From a phage: a stretch of 64,000 bases of DNA. The translations under genes were made by a program, and so were the position numbers. Below are positions 9,822 through 19,011 of this stretch, one piece after another (the stretch's first letter is position 1; the number at the start of each line of letters is the position of its first letter). The notes beneath the pieces are model-generated. The model saw only the letters and a program-made list of their open reading frames with translations, was not told the DNA's origin and searched no databases. The stretch is taken from NCBI GenBank assembly GCA_026066175.1, contig GCA_026066175.1_4721.1; one strand, 5' to 3'.

Positions 9822-10379
9822 TTATTCCATCCAGACTTCTTCGTCGTAATGGTTCTCTATTGCGTTGCGCCAGAAGCGAACGGTATCCAAACTGATCGGC
9901 GTATAGAAATGTTGATCAACACCGACGTTGAGTCCGTTTGCTTTCGCTAACATACAACGATGGATATGTCCAAACAGATTGAAATACCCTGGGTTTCTTT
10001 CACTGGGTTTATGGCATAACCAATAAGACTCGTCGTTATTGATCGGCAATACCAACGGATGTTCATAAACCGCAGCAAATCCCATATCAAGGAGCTTGTC
10101 GCGGAAAGCATCAAAACTCAACCCGCTCGCCTTGCAGGCGTCCTCGTCCCAATTCCCGAGTACTAACTGAACCTGGATATCAGAACGAATGGCTTCAATG
10201 AACTCGAACTTGCCCCAATCGCCCAGATGCCACAACACGCTGTTCTTAGGGAGATTGTTGATGGCTTTCAGCATGTGTTGGTTCATGTCAGCCACGCTTG
10301 CAAACGGACGACGTGAATACACCCGGGTGCGTTCGCTGTCAAAATGCGTATCTGAAGTAAAGAAGATAGATGGGATCAT
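9822..10379 (-). CDS. Calcineurin-like metallophosphoesterase
   Basis: Motifs SDTHFD, HLGDWG, VLGNWDED and GHIH in the expected order. Confidence 0.55.
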   Translation of the reverse strand: MIPSIFFTSDTHFDSERTRVYSRRPFASVADMNQHMLKAINNLPKNSVLWHLGDWGKFEFIEAIRSDIQVQLVLGNWDEDACKASGLSFDAFRDKLLDMGFAAVYEHPLVLPINNDESYWLCHKPSERNPGYFNLFGHIHRCMLAKANGLNVGVDQHFYTPISLDTVRFWRNAIENHYDEEVWME

Positions 10380-10858
10380 CGATCTAATTGCTCCAGAAAT
10401 GCACGCCCTGATTTACTTGCACGCAAATGTTGTTCTGCGGAAGTCAGCAGCACGTCGGTTGGCGTATAGGCTACACTGCCTTTCCACTCCGTCTTCAGCT
10501 TACCCTCTTCGATGCTGAACTGAATCAGTTGTTGGGTGCCAAAATTAAGCGTGTTGGTTGCTGCGCTGAATACACCACCCATCATGCTGTAACCAAAGAC
10601 TTTCGCATCTTCTGCATAGAAGTCGTTGTCGATCAATTTGTTCTGTAGTTCCAGCTGATCGGACGGCAGCAGTCCACCATCAAAGACACTTAGAATACCG
10701 GCTAAGCGATAAATACTCACCTTTCCTGAAACACCCACCACGTAATTGCCGTATGGTGTTTCCTCAAGCTTCGCGACGACGGTGCGATCATCGGAGGTTT
10801 TCATTGAAACCTCAATGCCATCATCGATTTCCGTTAATGTTAAATCAACAATACTCAT
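10376..10858 (-). CDS. Hypothetical protein (160 aa)
   Basis: ORF on the gene strand; 4-nt overlap with the downstream gene. Confidence 0.4.
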   Translation of the reverse strand: MSIVDLTLTEIDDGIEVSMKTSDDRTVVAKLEETPYGNYVVGVSGKVSIYRLAGILSVFDGGLLPSDQLELQNKLIDNDFYAEDAKVFGYSMMGGVFSAATNTLNFGTQQLIQFSIEEGKLKTEWKGSVAYTPTDVLLTSAEQHLRASKSGRAFLEQLDR

Positions 10859-10879
10859 TTGTTTTCTCCGCGTTCATGT

Positions 10880-11566
10880 TTAACACATGATTTCACCATG
10901 TTTCTTTTCAACATACGTATAAACATCATCCAAATAAGCGATGAGTTTATCACGATTCGCACAAAGCGATTTGATCGTTGCAATCTCTTTCGTATAAAGC
11001 TGCTGGCCCAGGGCTGGATAAGTAATCCAAGCATAACCATCAGGTGCGAACTTAGAGATAAGGTAATCGGCGGTTTCCTGTAATGCGAACTCCTTGCTCA
11101 TCTGGCCGTAGCGGTGTTCGATAGCACGAATACCAAAACGTTCACTATCAAGACGACCCATATCCGCCAAACGAAGAACCTGAGAAGCCACAGAACTACG
11201 TGGACCGGAATACGAAGCACGATGTTCAGCAATGAGTACGCGTATCTCCTCGATATCTTCCGGTGTGAAAATATGTTGCTCATTACGAAGTAAGATAATC
11301 GACGCGCGAATACCGCCAATAAGGTGGTGGTATGTTCTGTTCTCATGACAAGCGATATCATGCATGAACGCTGCGGTTAACAGACGACGGCGTTCAACCG
11401 GTCGAATGATACCAACCACATCAGCAAGTTCATTTGCCAGTTCGACAACAGCAAGGACATGTTCTTCTTGATGGGCAAGATCGTTCTTTTTAATGTTATC
11501 AATAACTTCAGTGCGTGTTTCCTGAGATAAGAAATTTAAGCAGTCTAACGAAAATAAAGATTTCAT
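10880..11566 (-). CDS. HD-domain phosphohydrolase-like protein
   Basis: An N-terminal H (EEHVLAV) followed by the HD dyad in AAFMHDIACHE; ATG preceded by AAAGAGGT. Confidence 0.5.
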   Translation of the reverse strand: MKSLFSLDCLNFLSQETRTEVIDNIKKNDLAHQEEHVLAVVELANELADVVGIIRPVERRRLLTAAFMHDIACHENRTYHHLIGGIRASIILLRNEQHIFTPEDIEEIRVLIAEHRASYSGPRSSVASQVLRLADMGRLDSERFGIRAIEHRYGQMSKEFALQETADYLISKFAPDGYAWITYPALGQQLYTKEIATIKSLCANRDKLIAYLDDVYTYVEKKHGEIMC

Positions 11567-11604
11567 CGTACGTACCTCTTTGACTGTATTAATAAATCGT
11601 GTTT

Positions 11605-11645
11605 ACTCACGTAAGTAATATAGCCGTGAAAGGATTTGTATTGGC
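11605..11645 (-). promoter_or_regulatory. Candidate phage early promoter, copy A (minus-strand TTTCACGGCTATATTACTTACGTG)
   Basis: One of four copies of a conserved motif with a TATATTAC core, each 50 to 100 nt upstream of a minus-strand start codon. Confidence 0.4.
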
Positions 11646-11772
11646 ACGTTCGACGTTCATCGTATTTTATGGATTGTCGAATGACGTCATTTTAAGGGAC
11701 ATCCCCGGCCTCCTCCCCAGGAAAGGTGTGGGGAGGAGTTTTTACCAGACTTTTATTAATTCGAGTGCGAGT

Positions 11773-13854
11773 ATGTTAGATAGAATAAATCGCCTAATGA
11801 ACCGGATAACGGTTAAAAATCAAAGCAACAATACCGTGCATGTTGGGGGTATCGATGCCTGGCGTCTTTCGGACGATATCCAGCGAATCTGGGGTACCTC
11901 TCGGTTTATGAAATATATGTTTCGTAACTTCTCTTCCAGCGGTCTTAGCATTCACAACTTCTATCTGCCTGATTTCGTTTATATTCTTGAAACGATCATT
12001 GATGCAAAGAACACCCGCAGCAACAAGCGGATGCTAAAACGCCTTGTTGAAGTCTTGTTAGAAGAAACCTGGCTGCAAAATACCACCATCGAACAGCCAG
12101 CCATTCTTGATAAAGCGCGCATGAAGAAAATGATGACGCTTTCTTTGTTCGATTATCAAGATGAGTATCTCGACATTTATAACCGCAACGTTCCGAAATA
12201 TCGATTAAAAGGCCATGTGTGTGCGATGGGTGCCGGGGCGGGTAAAACAATTACCGCGTTGGCGTTAAGCGCTGCCTTGGGTGTTGACGTCTTCGTGGCA
12301 TGCTGTCCTAAGAACACCATGCGTTCGGCATGGCAATCAGATTTACATAAAGCGCTTGTGGATCCTGCAACCGAATCCGCATTCTGGTCTGATGTGATGC
12401 CCCCAACCCAGTTACAGAAAAGCGATAAATATTACTTCCTGCATTACGAGCAGATGGGATTGTTAAACGAGATCATGCTCAAGCATAAACGCACAGCAAA
12501 ACGTGTGTTGATCGTTGTCGATGAAAGCCATAACTTCAACGATAAGAACAGTCAACGTTCTCAGCGTTTGGTTGATCTGGTACAGACGATGCGTCAAACC
12601 ATGAATGCGGACATACATGTCTTATTTATGTCGGGTACGCCTGTTAAACAGATGGGTTCTGAAATGATCCCATGTTTAGGTTGCATTGACCCGATGTTCC
12701 AAGGCCAGGTGGTTGATAGCTTCAAGTCGATTTACGGTTTAACCAGCAGTCGTGCTAATGATATCTTAAGGCATCGTCTTGGATTCATGATGCATGTCGT
12801 ACCCAAAGAAGCTTACCGTAAGACACGGCCTGAGGTTCAGGACGTATACGTGAAACTGCCTAACGGTAGTGATTACACCATCTCAAGTATCCGTGACGAT
12901 ATGGCGGTGTTTGTGCGTGACCGTGCAAAATACTACAAAGATAACTGGGGGCATTACCGGAAGATTTTCGATGATGCGCTGGATTTCTATCGTCGGACCA
13001 TACGGACGGAAGGTGAGCGTAAAGAACTGTCTCGTTATGAATCCATCGTCGCCCGCTTTCAGAAAGGTTACGATCCTGTCAGGGATAAAGAAGACGCCAT
13101 GTTCTGCAACGTGTTCGAGAAACGAGCGATCATGCCGATTCTTCCTCCCGATTTACGGATTGCGTTCAAAGACGCCAAAAGCGTCATCAAGTACGTCGGA
13201 TTGAAGATTCAAGGGGAAGCCTTGGCAAGGGTTCTTGGCGCAGCGCGCATTCAATGCCACGTTGATATGGTCGAGTATATCGATTTTGAAGGGTATATCA
13301 ACAATGCTGAAGCCAAAGTGCTGATCTTCACGTCATACGTTCAGGTAGTTGAACGCGTTGATAACCTGCTTCGCGATGCGGGCTTCTTACCAGAACCGAT
13401 CTACGGGAAGACCAACAAGAACATTAACCAGATCCTCGCGCGATTACGCGATGATCCTGACAGCGGTCCCGCTATCGCAACCTTTGATAGTTTAGCGGAA
13501 GGGGTTCCTATGTTAATGTGTAACGTCGGCCTTTTCTTAAATAACCCCTGGCGTTCCTCCGATGAGATCCAAGCCATCAGTCGTCTCGACCGTGTTGGTC
13601 AAACCCAACCTGTTCGTATCTATCGTTTCATGCTGGATACTGGCAGCGAAGGTAACGTTTCAACACGAAGCCAAGAGATCATGGAGTTAAGTCGTCAGCT
13701 GGTTGAAGAAATCACAGGTGTTAAATACAATGTGAATAAACAAGCCGACGTTAACCTACAAGAAACGCTGGCTATGGAAGGGTACGATAGATACTTGACG
13801 ATTAATACCCCTGGGTTTGAAATCAAACCGCGTTCCACGTTCTTAGAATGGTAA
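11773..13854 (+). CDS. SNF2/Rad54-family helicase-like ATPase
   Basis: Walker A GAGAGKT, DExH box VVDESHN, motif VI QAISRLDRVGQ. ORF track start 11599 is GTG and reads through an intergenic hairpin and the promoter motif; first ATG after them is 11773. Confidence 0.55.
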   Translation: MLDRINRLMNRITVKNQSNNTVHVGGIDAWRLSDDIQRIWGTSRFMKYMFRNFSSSGLSIHNFYLPDFVYILETIIDAKNTRSNKRMLKRLVEVLLEETWLQNTTIEQPAILDKARMKKMMTLSLFDYQDEYLDIYNRNVPKYRLKGHVCAMGAGAGKTITALALSAALGVDVFVACCPKNTMRSAWQSDLHKALVDPATESAFWSDVMPPTQLQKSDKYYFLHYEQMGLLNEIMLKHKRTAKRVLIVVDESHNFNDKNSQRSQRLVDLVQTMRQTMNADIHVLFMSGTPVKQMGSEMIPCLGCIDPMFQGQVVDSFKSIYGLTSSRANDILRHRLGFMMHVVPKEAYRKTRPEVQDVYVKLPNGSDYTISSIRDDMAVFVRDRAKYYKDNWGHYRKIFDDALDFYRRTIRTEGERKELSRYESIVARFQKGYDPVRDKEDAMFCNVFEKRAIMPILPPDLRIAFKDAKSVIKYVGLKIQGEALARVLGAARIQCHVDMVEYIDFEGYINNAEAKVLIFTSYVQVVERVDNLLRDAGFLPEPIYGKTNKNINQILARLRDDPDSGPAIATFDSLAEGVPMLMCNVGLFLNNPWRSSDEIQAISRLDRVGQTQPVRIYRFMLDTGSEGNVSTRSQEIMELSRQLVEEITGVKYNVNKQADVNLQETLAMEGYDRYLTINTPGFEIKPRSTFLEW

Positions 13855-13860
13855 TTAAGA

Positions 13861-13882
13861 AGCTCTGCCCGAAGGCAGAGCT
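13861..13882. terminator. Hairpin (agctctgcc / ggcagagct) followed by T-tract
   Basis: Immediately downstream of the stop of the plus-strand helicase gene. Confidence 0.5.
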
Positions 13883-13948
13883 TTATGCCGGATTTACCAC
13901 GAAATCGTATGACGCGATATGCGTCTTTAATTAAAGGAAAAGCGCGAA

Positions 13949-15403
13949 ATGAAAATCAAACAAAGCTGGAAAGACGAATTACTTGCATTAGTTAACAGCA
14001 AAAACAGTTTACAACTGACATTAGACGACGTAAAGTTTGAATTAACCGAACCGGTAAGCGAAGTGCCCGGAACGGTCGTTGTTACAATCAAACCGAACGA
14101 TAATAGTCGCTACTTTAACGAGCAGTCTCTGACCTACGTCCGTCGAGACATTGCTAAAAACTTCACCGGGATTCCGTTACGGGTTATCGTTAAGCAAGAT
14201 ACCGCTGTAAGGGATATCATCAATACGATTGCTGAACGTTACGGATTGGTATTTGACACAACCGTCGACTTCCTCGAATCAGAGCTGAATAAACAAATTA
14301 CTTTCGCAGACACCGGTATTAAAGACGTTACTGTTCCGGTTGCAAACACGTCTTATGTTTGGGCTGGTAATCTTCAGTTCAATATTGCGAACGATACGTT
14401 AAGCTTGATTACTATCATCAAGAAAACCAATCTTACGAATCTGGTTTATCTGGATGGTGTTGAAGCTGACACATCGGGGTCGTTACTGTTAGCCACCACA
14501 GCACTTGTTAACGATAGCGTAAATAAGCCGATGGTTGAAAACGAAGATATCGTCGATGAATTCTACAACGTTCTTAATGCTCTAGCCAAATATGGTGACA
14601 TAACTGGCGATGAATTAAATGCCGCCTTACATGCGTACGATGAAGCAGAAAACAGGAATAAAACCACGGTAATAACTCTTGGTGATATCCAGTGTGTTGC
14701 AACAGAAAAAGACGATTGGGAAATTGGACGTTTACGCGGTCAGATGGTTCTCGCGCTCAAATCCGACAAACAACCTGAGCGCGAGAACACGTTAAGGTTG
14801 TTTACGAATGGCGGTGACGTCTCACTAACGTTAAACACAATGAAAGATATCAGTATCGATTGGGGTGATGGGAATAAAGTAACGTTGGATGCTGAAGAAA
14901 GATACGCGCACCACACATACGCCGACAATAACCAGTACCAAATCGAAATTGTGTCTCGTACGGACCCAGATGTGCTGCGACCAAATTATATTTCTGGGAG
15001 TGAGATAACCGAAGTAATTCACTGGGCTACTACTTCAACAATAGCTCTGAATTTTGTTGGATGCGATAATTTAGCGACTGTTCCAGATGAGATCCCAACT
15101 TCGTGGACAACGTTGGACAGCATGTTTGAAAGTTGTACGAATTTGAATGATCCGTCTATCTCTAACTGGAATACAAGTAACATCACATCAATGAATGGTA
15201 TGTTCGGCGGATGCACTAAATTTAACCAACCTTTAGCTGCCTGGGATGTCAGCTCAGTAACTGACATTGGTGGTATGTTTGTCGGATGTGACAGTTTTAA
15301 CCAAGATTTAAGTGGGTGGCGATTACCGTCAGGAGTAAACCACACCAATTACGATGATGGTGCTTTCTCGTGGCAGACGGAACATAAACCGACATTCCAG
15401 TAA
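13949..15403 (+). CDS. Protein with C-terminal DUF285/BspA-like repeats
   Basis: Repeated units TSMFESCTNLN...WNTSNITSMNGMFGGCTKFNQPL..WDVSSVTDIGGMFVGCDSFNQDLSGW; ATG preceded by AAAGGAAAAG. Confidence 0.5.
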   Translation: MKIKQSWKDELLALVNSKNSLQLTLDDVKFELTEPVSEVPGTVVVTIKPNDNSRYFNEQSLTYVRRDIAKNFTGIPLRVIVKQDTAVRDIINTIAERYGLVFDTTVDFLESELNKQITFADTGIKDVTVPVANTSYVWAGNLQFNIANDTLSLITIIKKTNLTNLVYLDGVEADTSGSLLLATTALVNDSVNKPMVENEDIVDEFYNVLNALAKYGDITGDELNAALHAYDEAENRNKTTVITLGDIQCVATEKDDWEIGRLRGQMVLALKSDKQPERENTLRLFTNGGDVSLTLNTMKDISIDWGDGNKVTLDAEERYAHHTYADNNQYQIEIVSRTDPDVLRPNYISGSEITEVIHWATTSTIALNFVGCDNLATVPDEIPTSWTTLDSMFESCTNLNDPSISNWNTSNITSMNGMFGGCTKFNQPLAAWDVSSVTDIGGMFVGCDSFNQDLSGWRLPSGVNHTNYDDGAFSWQTEHKPTFQ

Positions 15404-15422
15404 AAAAAAATAGTTAGCATAA

Positions 15423-15456
15423 CTTCCTCCCTACCCATAACGGGCGGGGAGGAAGG
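15423..15456. terminator. GC-rich hairpin (cttcctccc / ggggaggaagg), bidirectional position
   Basis: Lies between the convergent genes 13949..15403 (+) and 15473..15811 (-). Confidence 0.5.
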
Positions 15457-15472
15457 TTTATGTGGTTATGAC

Positions 15473-15811
15473 TTAGAACCAGAGTTCTTTCATGAAGTAG
15501 GCTTCCATATCGTAAATAAGCCACTCATCTGGGATTTCTAAAGGATCGTCTTCGGTTAAGGTGAGCATGTGCAGGGCGAACGCACGCTTAATATCTTCCA
15601 ACAGCTTATCATCACCGTAACCTTCGGGTAGTTTACGGTCAACCAGCTGGGTTTGTTTATAGACATCGCGGAACGCTTCAGGATTATGTTTATCCATCGG
15701 GAATTGTTCAGCAGCCTGAACCATCGAAAGCGTCCAGCTTACAACATTGTAACGCTCACCGTTAATTTCACTGAACTTATCATCGATTAAACAGATTTGT
15801 TGTATATTCAT
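15473..15811 (-). CDS. Hypothetical protein (112 aa)
   Basis: ORF on the gene strand. Confidence 0.4.
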   Translation of the reverse strand: MNIQQICLIDDKFSEINGERYNVVSWTLSMVQAAEQFPMDKHNPEAFRDVYKQTQLVDRKLPEGYGDDKLLEDIKRAFALHMLTLTEDDPLEIPDEWLIYDMEAYFMKELWF

Positions 15812-16701
15812 ACATTTTCTCCATTCTTATCTTGGCCGCAATCACACTCTTCGGTGTCTTTCTTACTTAAACGTAAGACACCGAGTGCGGCATGCTTGAG
15901 TTCTTGCAAAGCGCTTTTCAGCTGACCTTCTTCATCGAAATCAAAATACTTCTCGTTGTAGCTTAATGCTGGAATCATATTTACGAGAGGTTCGATGGCA
16001 GGCATCAGCATCTCAATCACAACCTTAGGATCAACGAAACGTTCGAACCCTTCAGGAAGTTTACTGGTGATAACTTTGTCGTTCTTGATGAAGAATTTAT
16101 TCTTGAACAGATCGTCAAGGATAGCATTCTCTTCATCGGTACGTTCAGCGTAAGGCCGATCGATCATCTGTACGAAAACACCGTTAAGGGCTTCAGGCAT
16201 TGCGGGGTTCTCACGAAGGTTAAACCCTGCTGGGATTTCGATATCGATCTTCGCCCAGTCGATAACCTGATGGTCTCGCGTATAGATGACGTCAACCTCC
16301 CACGCCAAGCCATCGGTACCTTCTACGGTATAACGTGTTTTAGCTTGACCTTCTGGTGCCATACGCTCGATAGCATCGAACATCTCGACCGGAATTTCCA
16401 CTTCGCTTTCCATGGCATCCCCTGGACCGCGATAAACCTTCGTGGTCATGAAGTACTTCGGTTCTTCGTTGTCGATCTGGATTGCTCGAGCACGTACCTG
16501 GCCTTTAACACCACCCACCGACGTGTTATCGTACAACCACTGGTGTTGCACCATGTGTTCAATTTTCGTGGCGTTCTGACGTAGGATATCTACACCGTCT
16601 TCAGCCAGTTTACCAAAGAAGACCAGCTCACGTTCCTGCTGTGTCTCTCCGCTCAACATCATTAAATTGGCGATTTGTCTCACGCCTTTTACTTTCGACA
16701 T
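15808..16701 (-). CDS. Hypothetical protein (297 aa)
   Basis: ORF on the gene strand; 4-nt overlap with the downstream gene. Confidence 0.45.
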   Translation of the reverse strand: MSKVKGVRQIANLMMLSGETQQERELVFFGKLAEDGVDILRQNATKIEHMVQHQWLYDNTSVGGVKGQVRARAIQIDNEEPKYFMTTKVYRGPGDAMESEVEIPVEMFDAIERMAPEGQAKTRYTVEGTDGLAWEVDVIYTRDHQVIDWAKIDIEIPAGFNLRENPAMPEALNGVFVQMIDRPYAERTDEENAILDDLFKNKFFIKNDKVITSKLPEGFERFVDPKVVIEMLMPAIEPLVNMIPALSYNEKYFDFDEEGQLKSALQELKHAALGVLRLSKKDTEECDCGQDKNGENV

Positions 16702-16716
16702 ACATGCTCCGGTTAC

Positions 16717-16738
16717 AAGGGCTTCATCGGAAGCCCTT
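16717..16738. terminator. Hairpin (aagggcttc / gaagccctt)
   Basis: Inverted repeat downstream of the helicase gene. Confidence 0.45.
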
Positions 16739-16749
16739 CTGCTTTAATA

Positions 16750-19011
16750 TTACAATTCGAAATCTTCATCGATAACGCGTTGGGTTAGCACCTTGTCGCT
16801 GAAGAACTCCACCTTACGTTGATGGTATTTCCGATGTGCTTCAATCGACGTACACACCAGATACCAGAACGTGGGTGTCATACCCTCGAACTTCCCTTTC
16901 AGCTGACGTAGTCGACCTAACACCTGAATGTTACCAGTTCTCGACCCCATCGCTAACGTCATGAACGTCATCACCAAGTCAGGAAGATCGATTCCTGTAC
17001 CAGCCGATTTTACCGTTGTCACACTGATATCATTATCCAGTAACACCATGAAATCTTCTTCAGCGGTATAAGGACCTATCTCCAACTCAGGGATACGTTC
17101 ACTTAAGTAATGCGATAACGACTTGCACATATCAACGGTTGCACAATACACCAACATCTTCATGCCTTCCTGATATTGGTTCATGAAACCTTTGATAATA
17201 ACCGTATAGATAAAGTTGAAATAGGCGAGTTTGAGTTGCTTATTCTTCATGATAGACTGTTCGAATACCGTGTGAGAATAAGAACCTCCAAAGCCTTTGT
17301 ATCGGACTTTATCCGTACTGCGTAGTCGATACGTCACCGCATTTACCGCGATGTATTTCTTGTATTCACATTTCGCATAACGTGCTTCTTTCGGATACAT
17401 CAAATACAGCATCCGCTCGATGAACGGATCGTCAGACACCGCCGTTGCCGACAGATAAATGATTTCCGGAATATTCGCGTAACACTTCACTTTGAACAAG
17501 AAATGCAGAGCTTCGTGACATTCATCGTGGATTAACAATCCAATGCCTGTTTTCTCCCAGAACTCGACTGGATGGAAAACATAAGGTGCGACACAGTTGT
17601 TCTTTTCATAATCGGTTATATAACGCTGAAACATGTTCAGTGAGAATAACGCAATTTTGAAATCCAACTCACCTTGTTCTACCAACGTCTGAAATTCCAA
17701 CATGCTGTAACGAGGAATGTCGGGATGCGGTGGGTCAGACTGGGCTGTACCACGTATCTCGATAACATCACCTGGTTCCATACCGAAGAAACTTAGCAGT
17801 GAGCTACGCCATCCAGGCATGTACCTCGGTGACAGAATGATGCCCGTCCGTACACCACGTCGGAAGGTGATCTCCTGCGACATTGCGGTGTTGTGCGTGA
17901 CGATATGGTCTTTAATAACATAAAGGCTTTCGTCGTTGTCCACCGTGATGCAACGTGCCTTCGCTTTCACCGTCGGCACGATGCCGCCAATCGCTAAACC
18001 AGGAAGCGTGTTAACGGGAAGATCATCTGGAATCTCAATGCCGTCAGGAATAAGCTTAAGCAAATCGGAATGGTAAATTAATGTCTCCATCGTGTAACTA
18101 TTGATGGGGCATTTATACGCGATTCCCCCTAACCGATAAGCCAACTCCCAGACCTCGGTCATTATCTGCGAATCGGTGGTTCTGACCGCAAGGTGAGCCC
18201 ACCCTTCTTCAACACGCAGCACGCAACGATCTTTGATGAGTTCTCTGAAACGATCAAGACCCACGAGTTCTTTCGGTTCGTAAAGTCGGATTCTTACCGG
18301 ACGAGATCGTGACGATCTGTCATTAAGACGTTCCATGATTTCACTCGTGCTGAGCACCTTGTCAGGATCCGTGCATTGCCAGAGATGATCACCACACGCT
18401 TCAACCATTCGTCCATCTTCAAAGAAGACAGCGTAAAGCTGAATATCGTCATGATCAAAGATAGCAGTTACGTTCGTCGGTAAACCATCCGCGCCGATGA
18501 CCTCATCACCCACCTGGAGCTCACCAATCGGCTTCCAACCGCTTGGAACCTTAACGGGTGTATGGAGAGCCAATGCTTTCCCAGACCCCGTGCCTGCGGT
18601 GTTTAGGCTCATTCTGAAAGGGGTATCCTTACCCCCATCCATGTACTCCAACCATTCTTGCTGATCTTCACGCCACGGAAACTTCCAGTTCTTCACAAAC
18701 TCCACTTCCTTACCTGGAACCGGATCGTGGTAAACGATTTCCAACCACTCCTTTCGAATTCCTCGAGAAAAGATAAAATCCAAAAACGACTTCAGCTGTT
18801 CACGAAGTAAGTAGACCTCGCTATAATCGCTTCTTGCTGCGGCGTAGGTGTTGATGGTATCGGTGACCATTCTCCGTGTACGAGGGTCGCGTCGTTTCCG
18901 TAGATGCAAACAACGGTCTCGAAGGTAATGGCCAATCAAATGGGCAAATCGAAGTCCGTATCCGCTCAGCTTCATGCCATGCGAGAAGACGTCGATACGA
19001 GCTAACTTCAT
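16750..19011 (-). CDS. DExH-box helicase with an intein-like insertion in the Walker A motif
   Basis: GTGSGK is followed by a 229-residue insert ending VTHN, then T; removing the insert gives GTGSGKT. Downstream DExH box LLIHDECHEAL. Confidence 0.55.
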   Translation of the reverse strand: MKLARIDVFSHGMKLSGYGLRFAHLIGHYLRDRCLHLRKRRDPRTRRMVTDTINTYAAARSDYSEVYLLREQLKSFLDFIFSRGIRKEWLEIVYHDPVPGKEVEFVKNWKFPWREDQQEWLEYMDGGKDTPFRMSLNTAGTGSGKALALHTPVKVPSGWKPIGELQVGDEVIGADGLPTNVTAIFDHDDIQLYAVFFEDGRMVEACGDHLWQCTDPDKVLSTSEIMERLNDRSSRSRPVRIRLYEPKELVGLDRFRELIKDRCVLRVEEGWAHLAVRTTDSQIMTEVWELAYRLGGIAYKCPINSYTMETLIYHSDLLKLIPDGIEIPDDLPVNTLPGLAIGGIVPTVKAKARCITVDNDESLYVIKDHIVTHNTAMSQEITFRRGVRTGIILSPRYMPGWRSSLLSFFGMEPGDVIEIRGTAQSDPPHPDIPRYSMLEFQTLVEQGELDFKIALFSLNMFQRYITDYEKNNCVAPYVFHPVEFWEKTGIGLLIHDECHEALHFLFKVKCYANIPEIIYLSATAVSDDPFIERMLYLMYPKEARYAKCEYKKYIAVNAVTYRLRSTDKVRYKGFGGSYSHTVFEQSIMKNKQLKLAYFNFIYTVIIKGFMNQYQEGMKMLVYCATVDMCKSLSHYLSERIPELEIGPYTAEEDFMVLLDNDISVTTVKSAGTGIDLPDLVMTFMTLAMGSRTGNIQVLGRLRQLKGKFEGMTPTFWYLVCTSIEAHRKYHQRKVEFFSDKVLTQRVIDEDFEL
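17890..18576 (-). other. Putative intein (229 codons, Ala1 ... His-Asn, +1 Thr)
   Basis: Hint-like blocks GELQVGDEVIGADG near the N-terminus and CITVDNDESLYVIKDHIVTHN at the C-terminus; sits exactly inside the P-loop. Confidence 0.5.

Noticed and set aside
15019-15348. 109-aa minus-strand ORF
   Set aside because: Antisense to the DUF285-repeat gene; no independent support.
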